IMG/VR virus record: IMGVR_UViG_3300005612_000015
Coordinates: 1-36,264 of that record
Direction: 5' to 3' (one strand)
From: a virus
Lineage: Duplodnaviria; Caudoviricetes
Length of the DNA stretch: 36,264 bases
How positions within the stretch are numbered: the stretch's first letter is position 1; each line of letters starts with the position of its first letter. A program made the position numbers and the translations under genes. The notes under the pieces are model-generated. The model searched no databases. It had not been told where the DNA came from and was given only the letters and a program-made list of their open reading frames with translations. Shown here piece by piece: positions 1 through 7,201 of this stretch.

Positions 1-2
1 AG

Positions 3-362
3 GTGTACGGTGATGCACGGGTGTACGGTGATGCACAGGTGCACGGTGATGCATGGGTGTACGGTGATGCACAGGTGTACGGTGATGCATGGGTGTACGG
101 TGATGCACGGGTGCACGGTGATGCACGGGTGCACGGTGATGCACAGGTGCACGGTGATGCACAGGTGTACGGTGATGCACGGGTGGGCGGTGATGCATGG
201 GTGCACGGTGATGCACGGGTGCACGGTGATGCATTGGTGTACGGTGATGCACGGGTGCACGGTGATGCATGGGTGTACGGTGATGCACGGGTGCACGGTG
301 ATGCACGGGTGCACGGTGATGCATTGGTGTACGGTGATGCACGGGTGCACGGTGATGCATGG
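3..362 (+). repeat. 18-bp coding tandem repeat, 20 units
   Basis: Unit GTG-(T/C)AC-GGT-GAT-GCA-(CGG/CAG/TGG/TTG), with one GGC variant at codon 2. Units 12-15 are repeated as units 17-20. Confidence 0.95.
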
Positions 363-590
363 GTGTGCAGGGTTACATCTGTAACCCCGATTGTTATAAC
401 TGGTCTTCTATGGCCAATAACAATCACTGATGACTCCATCAAAATAGGGTGTGAGCTCCATAAATACAGCAAGTGGGTCAACTTTAACAGTGATGAAATC
501 CGCTCCATGGATAATGAAGCACTACTCTTCTGGGATAGACATAAAGCAGCAATACTGGCAATTGCCAAATTCCATATTGAGGGGGAATGA
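3..590 (+). CDS. Hexapeptide-repeat (left-handed beta-helix-like) phage protein, probably 5'-truncated
   Basis: 20 copies of V[YH]GDA[RQWL], then the C-terminal domain PITITDDSIKIGCELH..W...MD..AL.FW typical of phage repeat proteins. The repeat runs off the window edge. Confidence 0.85.
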   Translation: MYGDARVYGDAQVHGDAWVYGDAQVYGDAWVYGDARVHGDARVHGDAQVHGDAQVYGDARVGGDAWVHGDARVHGDALVYGDARVHGDAWVYGDARVHGDARVHGDALVYGDARVHGDAWVCRVTSVTPIVITGLLWPITITDDSIKIGCELHKYSKWVNFNSDEIRSMDNEALLFWDRHKAAILAIAKFHIEGE

Positions 591-859
591 TGAACAAGGG
601 CTTGCAGACATTAATACCAAAAAAAGTATGGGTGAGAAAGTACGCCATTATCGCCGACGCTGAATTTAGAGTCACAAGGTCAAAGAGTGATGCGCAAAGG
701 TTCGAAGTGTACCACTGGAGGGACTGCCTTAAGTCTTGCACCACCGAGGCAGATGCACACCGAAAAAAGAGGGATGCAAGACGGATGCTTGTTTTATCAG
801 ACTATTTTTTGAGGGTGATGCCATGTTTAAGAATGCACAACGGGAGTATGACGCTATGA
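587..859 (+). CDS. Hypothetical protein
   Basis: ATGA overlap with the upstream stop and a GAGGGGG RBS. The 3' end overlaps the next gene by 37 nt. Confidence 0.5.
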   Translation: MMNKGLQTLIPKKVWVRKYAIIADAEFRVTRSKSDAQRFEVYHWRDCLKSCTTEADAHRKKRDARRMLVLSDYFLRVMPCLRMHNGSMTL

Positions 860-1149
860 CGCCGAAGGATGAAGAGTTCTGCGAGGAGGAGATCACTTGC
901 AAGCGATTTGAGATGTTCAGGAAGCAACTCCATGAAGATCCACGAGAATGGTTAGGAGGATCTGTAACAGAGGCTGATAGCTGCGATATAGGCCAATTAG
1001 TTGTGATGCTCGGCAAGGAGGGGCCGCTAACGTCTGAAATTGGCGAGCTATTTGTGCAGATGGTGGTAAAAAACTGCATGCCTCCCGATGATGAAGTTAT
1101 AGCGGAGTTACGGAATGACCGTGATGTTGATAACACCGTACCATGGTAA
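823..1149 (+). CDS. Acidic hypothetical protein (start reassigned to ATG 823, MFKNAQREYD...)
   Basis: GAGGG RBS at 811-815 precedes ATG 823, in frame with ORF 736..1149. Confidence 0.7.
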   Translation: MFKNAQREYDAMTPKDEEFCEEEITCKRFEMFRKQLHEDPREWLGGSVTEADSCDIGQLVVMLGKEGPLTSEIGELFVQMVVKNCMPPDDEVIAELRNDRDVDNTVPW

Positions 1150-1196
1150 TAATCTGACTATATGCACCTTTTAACCACGATAGAGAGGTATTCGAG

Positions 1197-1583
1197 ATGA
1201 GTGAAGATAAAATTCGCGGAATGGGTATAGATGCAGTCTGGTTTGATCCGATTGATCCGCCAGAGGGTGGAGATAAAATTCGTAGCATGGAGGGTACCGA
1301 CGCCGTATGGGTCGAGATACCTGACCGATCAGCAGACATAATAGAGATCATGCATAGAACAAACTCAGATCTTCGTGAAGAGGTCAGAAGGTGGCAATTG
1401 CAGGTTTGCGATTGGCAAGATTTACACTCAGATGCCGAGGAAAGTATCGACAGATTAGTATCTGCCTGCCGCGCAATGATGGAGTGTGCTGGGCCGTCTG
1501 ATAACTGGAACGGCAATACACATGACGCGCTTCGACTGATTGAGAATGCAGTGGCTGTTGCGCATGGATATCCCACAGAATAG
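1197..1583 (+). CDS. Hypothetical protein with a duplicated terminase Walker-B-like peptide and a C-terminal helical region
   Basis: GAGG RBS. Repeats EDKIRGMGIDAVWFD and GDKIRSMEGTDAVWVE. Confidence 0.8.
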   Translation: MSEDKIRGMGIDAVWFDPIDPPEGGDKIRSMEGTDAVWVEIPDRSADIIEIMHRTNSDLREEVRRWQLQVCDWQDLHSDAEESIDRLVSACRAMMECAGPSDNWNGNTHDALRLIENAVAVAHGYPTE

Positions 1584-1592
1584 GAGGCTTAA

Positions 1593-2534
1593 ATGAACGA
1601 AGTAATACTCAAATCAGAACAACCGCTCGCTGTTTACAGCGAATTCCGCAAACAACTAGAAGTGTTAAAGTCTGAGAATGCAAAAACGGTCTTTGATTAT
1701 TCCACAAAGAACGGCGAGCATGAGGCGAGAAGCTATATTTTTAAGCTCAGGAAAACAAAAGCCGCTGTTGAAAAAGCGCGCAAAGCCGAAAAAGCGGAAA
1801 GCTTGCGGTATGGGCGTGTGATTGATTCAGAAGCAAAAGAGATCCAATCAGAAATAGGGGGAATGATTGAAGTCCATGCGCGACCTCTGCGTGAGATTGA
1901 GGAACAAGAAGAGAAAAGGATACAAAAGCACAAAGATGCCATCGAATGTATGAAAAAAGCAGGTGAACAAACAGAAACATCAGATGGTGAAAAGCTTAAT
2001 GCTTCATCACTAAATAAAATAATTGACTGGCTGTCAACTGTTGATCCAGATGAATCATTTGAAGAGTTTAAAGAAGAGGCCATTAAAACAAGGGATGAAG
2101 CATTAACTGCTGTGCGAGGCAGACATCAATCTCAAATAAAATACGAAGCCGAGCAGAAGGAGCTTGCAATGCTCAGGGAAGAGGCTGAAGAGCGTGCAGC
2201 CAGGGATGCAGCAGAGGCGCAAGCTAAGGCTACAAAGGAGCGCGAGGACTTCTTGAGGAAGGAGGGTGAAGAGCGTGGGAAAAAAGAGGCAGAACAGCGC
2301 GCCATACAAGCAGTTAAGGATGCCGAGGAGAAAGCTAAGATGGAGGTTAAAGAAAAGGCTAAAGCAGAAGCAGATGCAGCCGTTAAAAGAGAAGCAAACA
2401 AGCGGCACGTTGCGAAAATAAACAACGAAATTTTGGACGCGTTAATTGATAATGGTATAAATCAGGAAACTGCAAAAGATACTATAAAGTTAATTGCACT
2501 GGGAAAAATACCACATGTCAGAATTAGCTATTAG
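1593..2534 (+). CDS. Coiled-coil phage protein of the recombination module (E/K/A-rich, TolA-like composition)
   Basis: GGAGG RBS. N-terminal VFDYST..G..EARS..KL.K.K motif and C-terminal REANKRH..KINN...IA.GKIPHVRISY, both typical of this family upstream of annealases. Confidence 0.8.
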   Translation: MNEVILKSEQPLAVYSEFRKQLEVLKSENAKTVFDYSTKNGEHEARSYIFKLRKTKAAVEKARKAEKAESLRYGRVIDSEAKEIQSEIGGMIEVHARPLREIEEQEEKRIQKHKDAIECMKKAGEQTETSDGEKLNASSLNKIIDWLSTVDPDESFEEFKEEAIKTRDEALTAVRGRHQSQIKYEAEQKELAMLREEAEERAARDAAEAQAKATKEREDFLRKEGEERGKKEAEQRAIQAVKDAEEKAKMEVKEKAKAEADAAVKREANKRHVAKINNEILDALIDNGINQETAKDTIKLIALGKIPHVRISY

Positions 2535-2565
2535 ATTCAATATGCACAAGATGAGGGAGGCTTAA

Positions 2566-3168
2566 ATGAAAAAAGAAGCTATCAAGGCACTATCGTCAAT
2601 ACAGTCTAAACTAAAGGCTCCGAAGTCCCAATATAACAAGTTTGGGAAGTATAATTACAGGAACCTTGAAGACATCATGGAGGCCGTAAAGCCTCTGCTG
2701 ACAGAGCATGAGGCCGCACTGGTTATCACAGACTCAATCGTCAACATTGGTGCCAGGTTTTACGTCTGCGCCACTGCTGTCCTGTATGTAGGACCCGACC
2801 AGATATCGTCAATAGGGATGGCAAGGGAGGAGGACAGCAAGAAGGGGTTTGACTCAGCCCAGTTAACCGGATCGACTAGCAGCTATGCTCGAAAGTATGC
2901 TTGCAATGGGCTGTTCGCTATTGACGACACAAGGGATGAAGACTTACAGAACAACACGAAAGAAGAGAAGCAACCACTTATCACGGATGCCCAGGTGCTG
3001 GAAATTGAAGCAAAAATATCGGACAACGATATTGATTTGCCGCGAGTAAAAGCATGGATGTCAAAGTCCATCAAAGTATCTGAATTCAGAGACCTTAATG
3101 CAGGCGGATATGTACACCTCCTGTCAATGCTGGATCAGCGTATAAAGGCGAAAAATGATAATACATAA
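2566..3168 (+). CDS. erf: ERF-family ssDNA annealing recombinase
   Basis: LKAPKSQYNKFGKYNYRNLEDI and AQLTGSTSSYARKYACNGLFAIDD signatures. Confidence 0.92.
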   Translation: MKKEAIKALSSIQSKLKAPKSQYNKFGKYNYRNLEDIMEAVKPLLTEHEAALVITDSIVNIGARFYVCATAVLYVGPDQISSIGMAREEDSKKGFDSAQLTGSTSSYARKYACNGLFAIDDTRDEDLQNNTKEEKQPLITDAQVLEIEAKISDNDIDLPRVKAWMSKSIKVSEFRDLNAGGYVHLLSMLDQRIKAKNDNT

Positions 3169-3781
3169 CGTAGAGCAAGGCACCGATGAGTGGTTAAGGC
3201 TTAGGGCCGGTAAGCCGACTGCCTCTGAGTTCTCAAAACTGATAACCAGCACAGGTGCTGCATCTAAAAGCATGCCTGGATATGCAGAACAGCTTGGCGG
3301 CGAACTGTTTGCCGGTCAACCACTAGATGCATGGGAGGGCAATAAATACACCGACAGGGGCCATGAGATTGAGGAGGAGGCGGCCTTGTGGTATGACATA
3401 GTGAAGGGTATTACAACGGATAAAGTAGGCTTTGTAACGGACGACAACGAGCAATACGGGTGCTCCCCTGATCGCCTTGTATCAGATACCGGACTGCTTG
3501 AAATAAAGTGCTATCCGAAACTGCATATAGAGGCTATCCGATACTGCAATAAGAATAAAAAGATGCCAGCAAAGAACGTAGCCCAGACTCAGGGGCAGAT
3601 GTTTATCTGCGAGAGAGAGTGGTGTGACCTTTTATTTTACCATCCGGTGTTGCCGAAAGTGATTATCAGGGTCTTTCCTGATAAAGAGATTATTGCCGGA
3701 TTAAAGGCTCAACTTTCTGCGTGCCTTGCCGAAAGAGATACTGTGCTTAATGAATTGCAGGGGATACAGGAGGGTTTATAA
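3155..3781 (+). CDS. YqaJ / lambda-exonuclease family nuclease
   Basis: EQGTDEWL.LR.G..TASEF, RG...E, GCSPD.L, LEIKC and Q.QGQM motifs. Confidence 0.92.
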   Translation: MIIHNVEQGTDEWLRLRAGKPTASEFSKLITSTGAASKSMPGYAEQLGGELFAGQPLDAWEGNKYTDRGHEIEEEAALWYDIVKGITTDKVGFVTDDNEQYGCSPDRLVSDTGLLEIKCYPKLHIEAIRYCNKNKKMPAKNVAQTQGQMFICEREWCDLLFYHPVLPKVIIRVFPDKEIIAGLKAQLSACLAERDTVLNELQGIQEGL

Positions 3782-3783
3782 CG

Positions 3784-4176
3784 ATGAGTAAAAAATTCAT
3801 ACTTTGGGCTGGGAGGCCGATGATACTGGATAATTGTATCGATGCTCTGCGCGATCTTGACCAGGGCAAGGACTGGGATGTGACGATAAAAAGACACGCA
3901 AACAACAAGACAATAGAACAGCGCGGATTCTTTCATCTACTATGTGCTGAATTCGCACAGCAGACAGGGATGCAACCAGGAGAGATAAAAGAGATTGCAA
4001 AAGCGAAGATATTTGGTTGGCGAAAAATAGAATACGGGGGGATTACCCTTGTTGTGGCCGATGGGCACAGCGAGCAACTGAATGCAACGAGATACGGCGA
4101 GCTTATTGACTCTGTTTATATGCTGGCTGGTGAAGCTGGGATTAACTTACCGGAGCCTGACAAATATCATGATTAA
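3784..4176 (+). CDS. ninB: NinB/YbcN-like recombination protein
   Basis: V.IK....KT.EQ..FFH.L..E.A motif and S..L....Y.ELID......E.GI.LP C-terminus; position after the exonuclease. Confidence 0.7.
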   Translation: MSKKFILWAGRPMILDNCIDALRDLDQGKDWDVTIKRHANNKTIEQRGFFHLLCAEFAQQTGMQPGEIKEIAKAKIFGWRKIEYGGITLVVADGHSEQLNATRYGELIDSVYMLAGEAGINLPEPDKYHD

Positions 4177-4291
4177 GCAACGAGGATATACGACAACAGA
4201 AATATTACTTGCAATTGGTATACTCGCCGGGATTGGTTTCTGGTGCGCTGGTGTTTACGTTCTAATACATTTCATTATTAAATTTTGGTGA
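4169..4291 (+). CDS. 40-aa type IV prepilin-like peptide
   Basis: MIKQRG|YTTTEILLAIGILAGIGFWCAGVYVLIHFIIKFW: basic leader, G-1, aromatic +1, E+5, hydrophobic helix. ATG overlaps the end of ninB. Confidence 0.7.
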   Translation: MIKQRGYTTTEILLAIGILAGIGFWCAGVYVLIHFIIKFW

Positions 4292-4605
4292 TCAAAATGA
4301 TGAAACAGAAAGCAATCAGGATAAAGAAGATCCGAGAGAGCGCACGCGGAATGGATTGCACAGTTGAAAGCCCTTATTGCAGTCACGACCCCGAAACTAC
4401 TGTGTTTGCTCATTATGGCGAACCGGGCGAAAAGGGAATGAGAATAAAGCCGGATGACACAAGCGGGTTTTATGCCTGCTATGAATGTCATAACTTTGTT
4501 GATAGTAGGAGCACCAACACACGGGGCGATGATGTTGAGTGGTATTGCTTCCGTGCCATGCGGCGAACTTTTGCTCTACTGGTAAGGAATGGGGTGTTGA
4601 AATGA
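4288..4605 (+). CDS. DUF1364 (YbcO-like) putative nuclease
   Basis: IRESARG.DC.V..P.C..DPETTV.AH...G.G.K.DD...YAC..CH..VD. Start is GTG 4288 or ATG 4297/4300. Confidence 0.85.
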   Translation: MIKMMKQKAIRIKKIRESARGMDCTVESPYCSHDPETTVFAHYGEPGEKGMRIKPDDTSGFYACYECHNFVDSRSTNTRGDDVEWYCFRAMRRTFALLVRNGVLK

Positions 4606-4632
4606 CAACAGCTTATAGTAAATGGAGTGAAA

Positions 4633-4806
4633 ATGGATAAAGCAAATATTGATCGGACAAAGGGCAATGGATATTTTAGCAGGTATCTGACAGAGAGAGA
4701 ACAAAGCGAACTAAGAAAGGGTGTTGATAAAATACGTAAAGATATGTGCAAAAATAATCAGGTAAAGTATATAAACTGGGGATTGTCTACACGACCACTA
4801 TCGTAG
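4633..4806 (+). CDS. Small hypothetical protein (57 aa, MDKANIDRTKG...)
   Basis: Read manually. GGAG RBS; fills the operon gap. Confidence 0.55.
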   Translation: MDKANIDRTKGNGYFSRYLTEREQSELRKGVDKIRKDMCKNNQVKYINWGLSTRPLS

Positions 4807-4824
4807 TAAATGGGAGAATAGAAA

Positions 4825-4989
4825 ATGATAACAGCATTGACAATCTGGGTTATTGGGTGGCTTTACACTATGGGATATTTCGTGAGGGCAATCCATCTAA
4901 GTGAAGATGGAGATGATAGAGGTATCTTTGTTTCGATGGCTCTGCTGCTCTTTGTATGGCCGTATGCTTTAGGCATTAATCGTGACTGA
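4825..4989 (+). CDS. Small two-helix membrane protein (54 aa, MITALTIWVIGWLY...FVWPYALG)
   Basis: Read manually. GGGAG RBS; two hydrophobic segments. Confidence 0.7.
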   Translation: MITALTIWVIGWLYTMGYFVRAIHLSEDGDDRGIFVSMALLLFVWPYALGINRD

Positions 4990-5239
4990 TCAGCTATTCA
5001 ACTGCTACGGTGACCCGATAACGCTAAGGAAGCCGGAAACATATGGCAAGGGATACCCGGCTGCACCAGGTACAGGGCCAGAAGGTGAGACGTGCAGAAC
5101 CTGCACACATAAGTACCGCAGAGAACTTGCAAGCAATTATTACAAATGCTTGTTGATGAAAGCCTCATGGACTGGCGGGAAGGGCACAGACATTTTGCTT
5201 AAGTCGCCTGCTTGTAGTAAATGGGGGGAACATGGATAA
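4982..5239 (+). CDS. Conserved Cys-containing phage protein
   Basis: GYPAAPGTGPEGETCRTC...YYKC...W..G..TDI....PAC pattern; possible Zn binding. Confidence 0.75.
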   Translation: MTDQLFNCYGDPITLRKPETYGKGYPAAPGTGPEGETCRTCTHKYRRELASNYYKCLLMKASWTGGKGTDILLKSPACSKWGEHG

Positions 5240-5402
5240 TAGAGTTAAAATAATGACAGGCACCTTGCTCACTACAGTGTCGGAGGAGATTGGTGATTTT
5301 GTCAGGTTGACAGATTACCAGGAACTTAAACGCAAATACGATGAGGTAGTTCAATATGCTGAAAAAGATAGCGATGGTTGTAGCGATGTTTGTAGCCTGT
5401 AA
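5232..5402 (+). CDS. Small hypothetical protein (56 aa, MDNRVKIM...GDFVRLTDYQEL)
   Basis: Read manually. GGGGGG RBS; the G.FV...DY..L motif is common in small phage early proteins. Confidence 0.55.
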   Translation: MDNRVKIMTGTLLTTVSEEIGDFVRLTDYQELKRKYDEVVQYAEKDSDGCSDVCSL

Positions 5403-5514
5403 CGTGTCAGCTTCTGATACCGATGCATCCCAGACTGTTGGCAAGAAAAGATCGTCTGATGGTTCATGTGTTCCCATTGGGGGTGAGCGCAGGTGCTGGA
5501 CCTGGCCTTCATAA
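5356..5514 (+). CDS. Small exported protein or lipoprotein (52 aa)
   Basis: MLKKIAMVVAMFVAC-NVSA...: signal peptide with either a lipobox-like FVAC or a VSA cleavage site. GAGGT RBS; two further Cys. Confidence 0.65.
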   Translation: MLKKIAMVVAMFVACNVSASDTDASQTVGKKRSSDGSCVPIGGERRCWTWPS

Positions 5515-5519
5515 TATCT

Positions 5520-5646
5520 AGCGGGTAACTCGGGGGTGCCGCTTTAAAAGAAAACTCCGAGAGCTGGCGGTAACTTACAGCATGGTCAAGTTGGTGAGCT
5601 GTTGCAATGTTACTTCTCCGCCATGTGAGGTAAGTACACGGCCAGT
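5520..5646 (+). ncRNA. Candidate structured RNA: H-type pseudoknot followed by a long interrupted hairpin
   Basis: Pseudoknot AGCGG/CCGCT and CTCGGGG/CTCCGAG; nested pairs GCTGGC/GCCAGT, ACTTAC/GTAAGT and GCATGG/CCATGT. The G-U pairs all work on the + strand. Confidence 0.45.
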
Positions 5647-5678
5647 AAAAAGGCCCGGACTCTAATCCGGGCCTTTTT
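5647..5678. terminator. Bidirectional intrinsic terminator
   Basis: AAAAAGGCCCGGA-ctctaa-TCCGGGCCTTTTT, located between the convergent gene blocks. Confidence 0.93.
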
Positions 5679-5695
5679 TATTACCAGGCCGTTAA

Positions 5696-5875
5696 CTATT
5701 TACCCTCTTTCTTCCCCACACTAATAGCACCAAACAGCGCGGCGCCCGCTGACGCTATCTCAGCCGCCTGCTCAGGGTCAGAGATCACTCCGGCAGATGT
5801 AAGTATCAAGACAATCCCCTGCCACGTAGAGGGCTCGTGCAGCCTGTCTAGCAACCACTCTATATATGGGTTCAT
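5696..5875 (-). CDS. Holin-like small membrane protein (59 aa)
   Basis: Read manually: MNPYIEWLLDRLHEPSTWQGIVLILTSAGV...AEIASAGAALFGAISVGKKEGK. RL.EPSTW.G motif, two hydrophobic segments, charged tail; ATGA overlap with the upstream gene. Confidence 0.7.
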   Translation of the reverse strand: MNPYIEWLLDRLHEPSTWQGIVLILTSAGVISDPEQAAEIASAGAALFGAISVGKKEGK

Positions 5876-6564
5876 TGCAATACCGGAGGATTGGGAGGGC
5901 TAAGAACCGTTACACCGAAGTTAACTTCAATGCTGTTGATTACATAACCGCCTGTAGCTGTATGGGTAAATCGCAATGTGTTATCATCGTCATTCCAAAA
6001 GGCTCCAGGAGTTGTAATAATAACATCTGAGAATTCACTATCAGGACCATTGGTATCAAATAGGCTGATCGGAGTATTCCCGTTTATTATAAGCTCGCCT
6101 TCCCCAAGCATATCAGCATCATATGCAGACATTAAAAGAACCGCTTCGGTTGTGTTTGCTGGTTTTGCAACGTTTATTACAATAGTTTTTTCTTCCGGGA
6201 CATCTCCCATTAATTCAACCAAGTATTCCGGAAATGTACCTTTGCACGATGTGTTAGAAAAGCCAGACTCTCGGCCATCTGTGTCAACGGTCTTCATCCG
6301 TGCACACCCATAATCTCTTTCTTTAAATACGAAAGATGAATCTGCTGCAGGAATTGGCAGCACTATTTCATCATCAACTACTGTCCCAGTTATATAAGCA
6401 TCATATCTATCTATTTCATCCAAAGGTAACGGAGTGTCATCTTCTCTTGCTGTTGGCGGCGTAAAATCGTATGGAACATCTGCATAAGCATTGGAGGTAA
6501 AATAGAGAGTTGAAAACGTTGATAATATTAATAATACAGAATAAAATAATTCTTTAAAATACAT
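5872..6564 (-). CDS. Exported protein: FN3-like domain plus a putative jelly-roll carbohydrate-binding domain
   Basis: Signal peptide ending AYA. PTAREDDTPL.LDEI..Y...TVDTDGRESGFSN FN3-like motif, then a beta-rich domain and a PPNPP tail. Confidence 0.7.
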   Translation of the reverse strand: MYFKELFYSVLLILSTFSTLYFTSNAYADVPYDFTPPTAREDDTPLPLDEIDRYDAYITGTVVDDEIVLPIPAADSSFVFKERDYGCARMKTVDTDGRESGFSNTSCKGTFPEYLVELMGDVPEEKTIVINVAKPANTTEAVLLMSAYDADMLGEGELIINGNTPISLFDTNGPDSEFSDVIITTPGAFWNDDDNTLRFTHTATGGYVINSIEVNFGVTVLSPPNPPVLQ

Positions 6565-6577
6565 GGTATCACCCCTT

Positions 6578-6622
6578 TATAGTTAACTATATAAGAATGA
6601 CATTATTTTGACGGAGAGGCAA
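6578..6622 (-). promoter_or_regulatory. Sigma70-like promoter with an adjacent 14-bp palindrome
   Basis: TTGCCT (6622-6617), 17-bp spacer, TG-n-CATTCT (6599-6594). Perfect palindrome TATAGTTAACTATA at 6578-6591. Confidence 0.45.
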
Positions 6623-6895
6623 CTATTGCCTGTATATAATAACCTCTTCATCCTCGTCAAGCGGGTAATCTTTAATTAAAATATTACTCACTATTTCCAA
6701 AACCTTGAAGTTATTGCTATTCGCCTCTTTCCGCTGCAAACTTAGCTCATGAAGTATTCTTTTTTCAGACTCGGCAATAGATTTTTCGATCTCAGCTTTG
6801 CACCGGTTCAGAGAGTCTTTTAATAACCAATCCCTCGCCGATGCAAATGCATTGACAATAAAACTAATCACCATGTGTGTTTTGCCGTCAATCAT
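6623..6895 (-). CDS. Hypothetical protein (hydrophobic N-terminus, coiled coil)
   Basis: ORF in operon orientation; start codon uncertain. Confidence 0.6.
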   Translation of the reverse strand: MIDGKTHMVISFIVNAFASARDWLLKDSLNRCKAEIEKSIAESEKRILHELSLQRKEANSNNFKVLEIVSNILIKDYPLDEDEEVIIYRQ

Positions 6896-6917
6896 TTTAT
6901 TCTCGATTTATTCATCA

Positions 6918-7106
6918 TTAAAATGCTCCCTGATCTGTATGTATCGGGAAACATCGCATATCTACATCCTTGCACCAAACGCAGACAGAGCCCTCGCAAG
7001 CATCTTCATCTTCCTCAGCAACAAATAGTGCAGTGAGCAATACTAGCGTAGCTCCTATGATGGTCAGTGACAGCGGATCAATTGCCCCTCTGGAATACTT
7101 GATCAT
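6918..7106 (-). CDS. Small membrane-anchored Cys-rich protein
   Basis: MIKYSRG-AIDP, hydrophobic helix, acidic linker, 4 Cys. Confidence 0.6.
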   Translation of the reverse strand: MIKYSRGAIDPLSLTIIGATLVLLTALFVAEEDEDACEGSVCVWCKDVDMRCFPIHTDQGAF

Positions 7107-7201
7107 AAGAATTATGCTGCCACATTAAACGCGATGATAAATAACGCGCTTTCTCACTTTTGATCTACCATCAATATACAGCCCAATCTAGCAGAACAAC
7201 T

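Noticed and set aside
1-384. CRISPR array or DGR variable repeat; alternative-frame ORF 10..384
   Set aside because: The units are contiguous with no unique spacers, variation is not adenine-specific, and there is no cas or RT gene. The second frame is open only because the repeat lacks stops.
5520-5561. preQ1, SAM-II or SAM-V riboswitch, or an HDV-like/twister ribozyme
   Set aside because: The topology is pseudoknot-like, but I could not find the conserved ligand-binding or catalytic nucleotides, and no gene lies downstream. Kept only as an unnamed candidate RNA.
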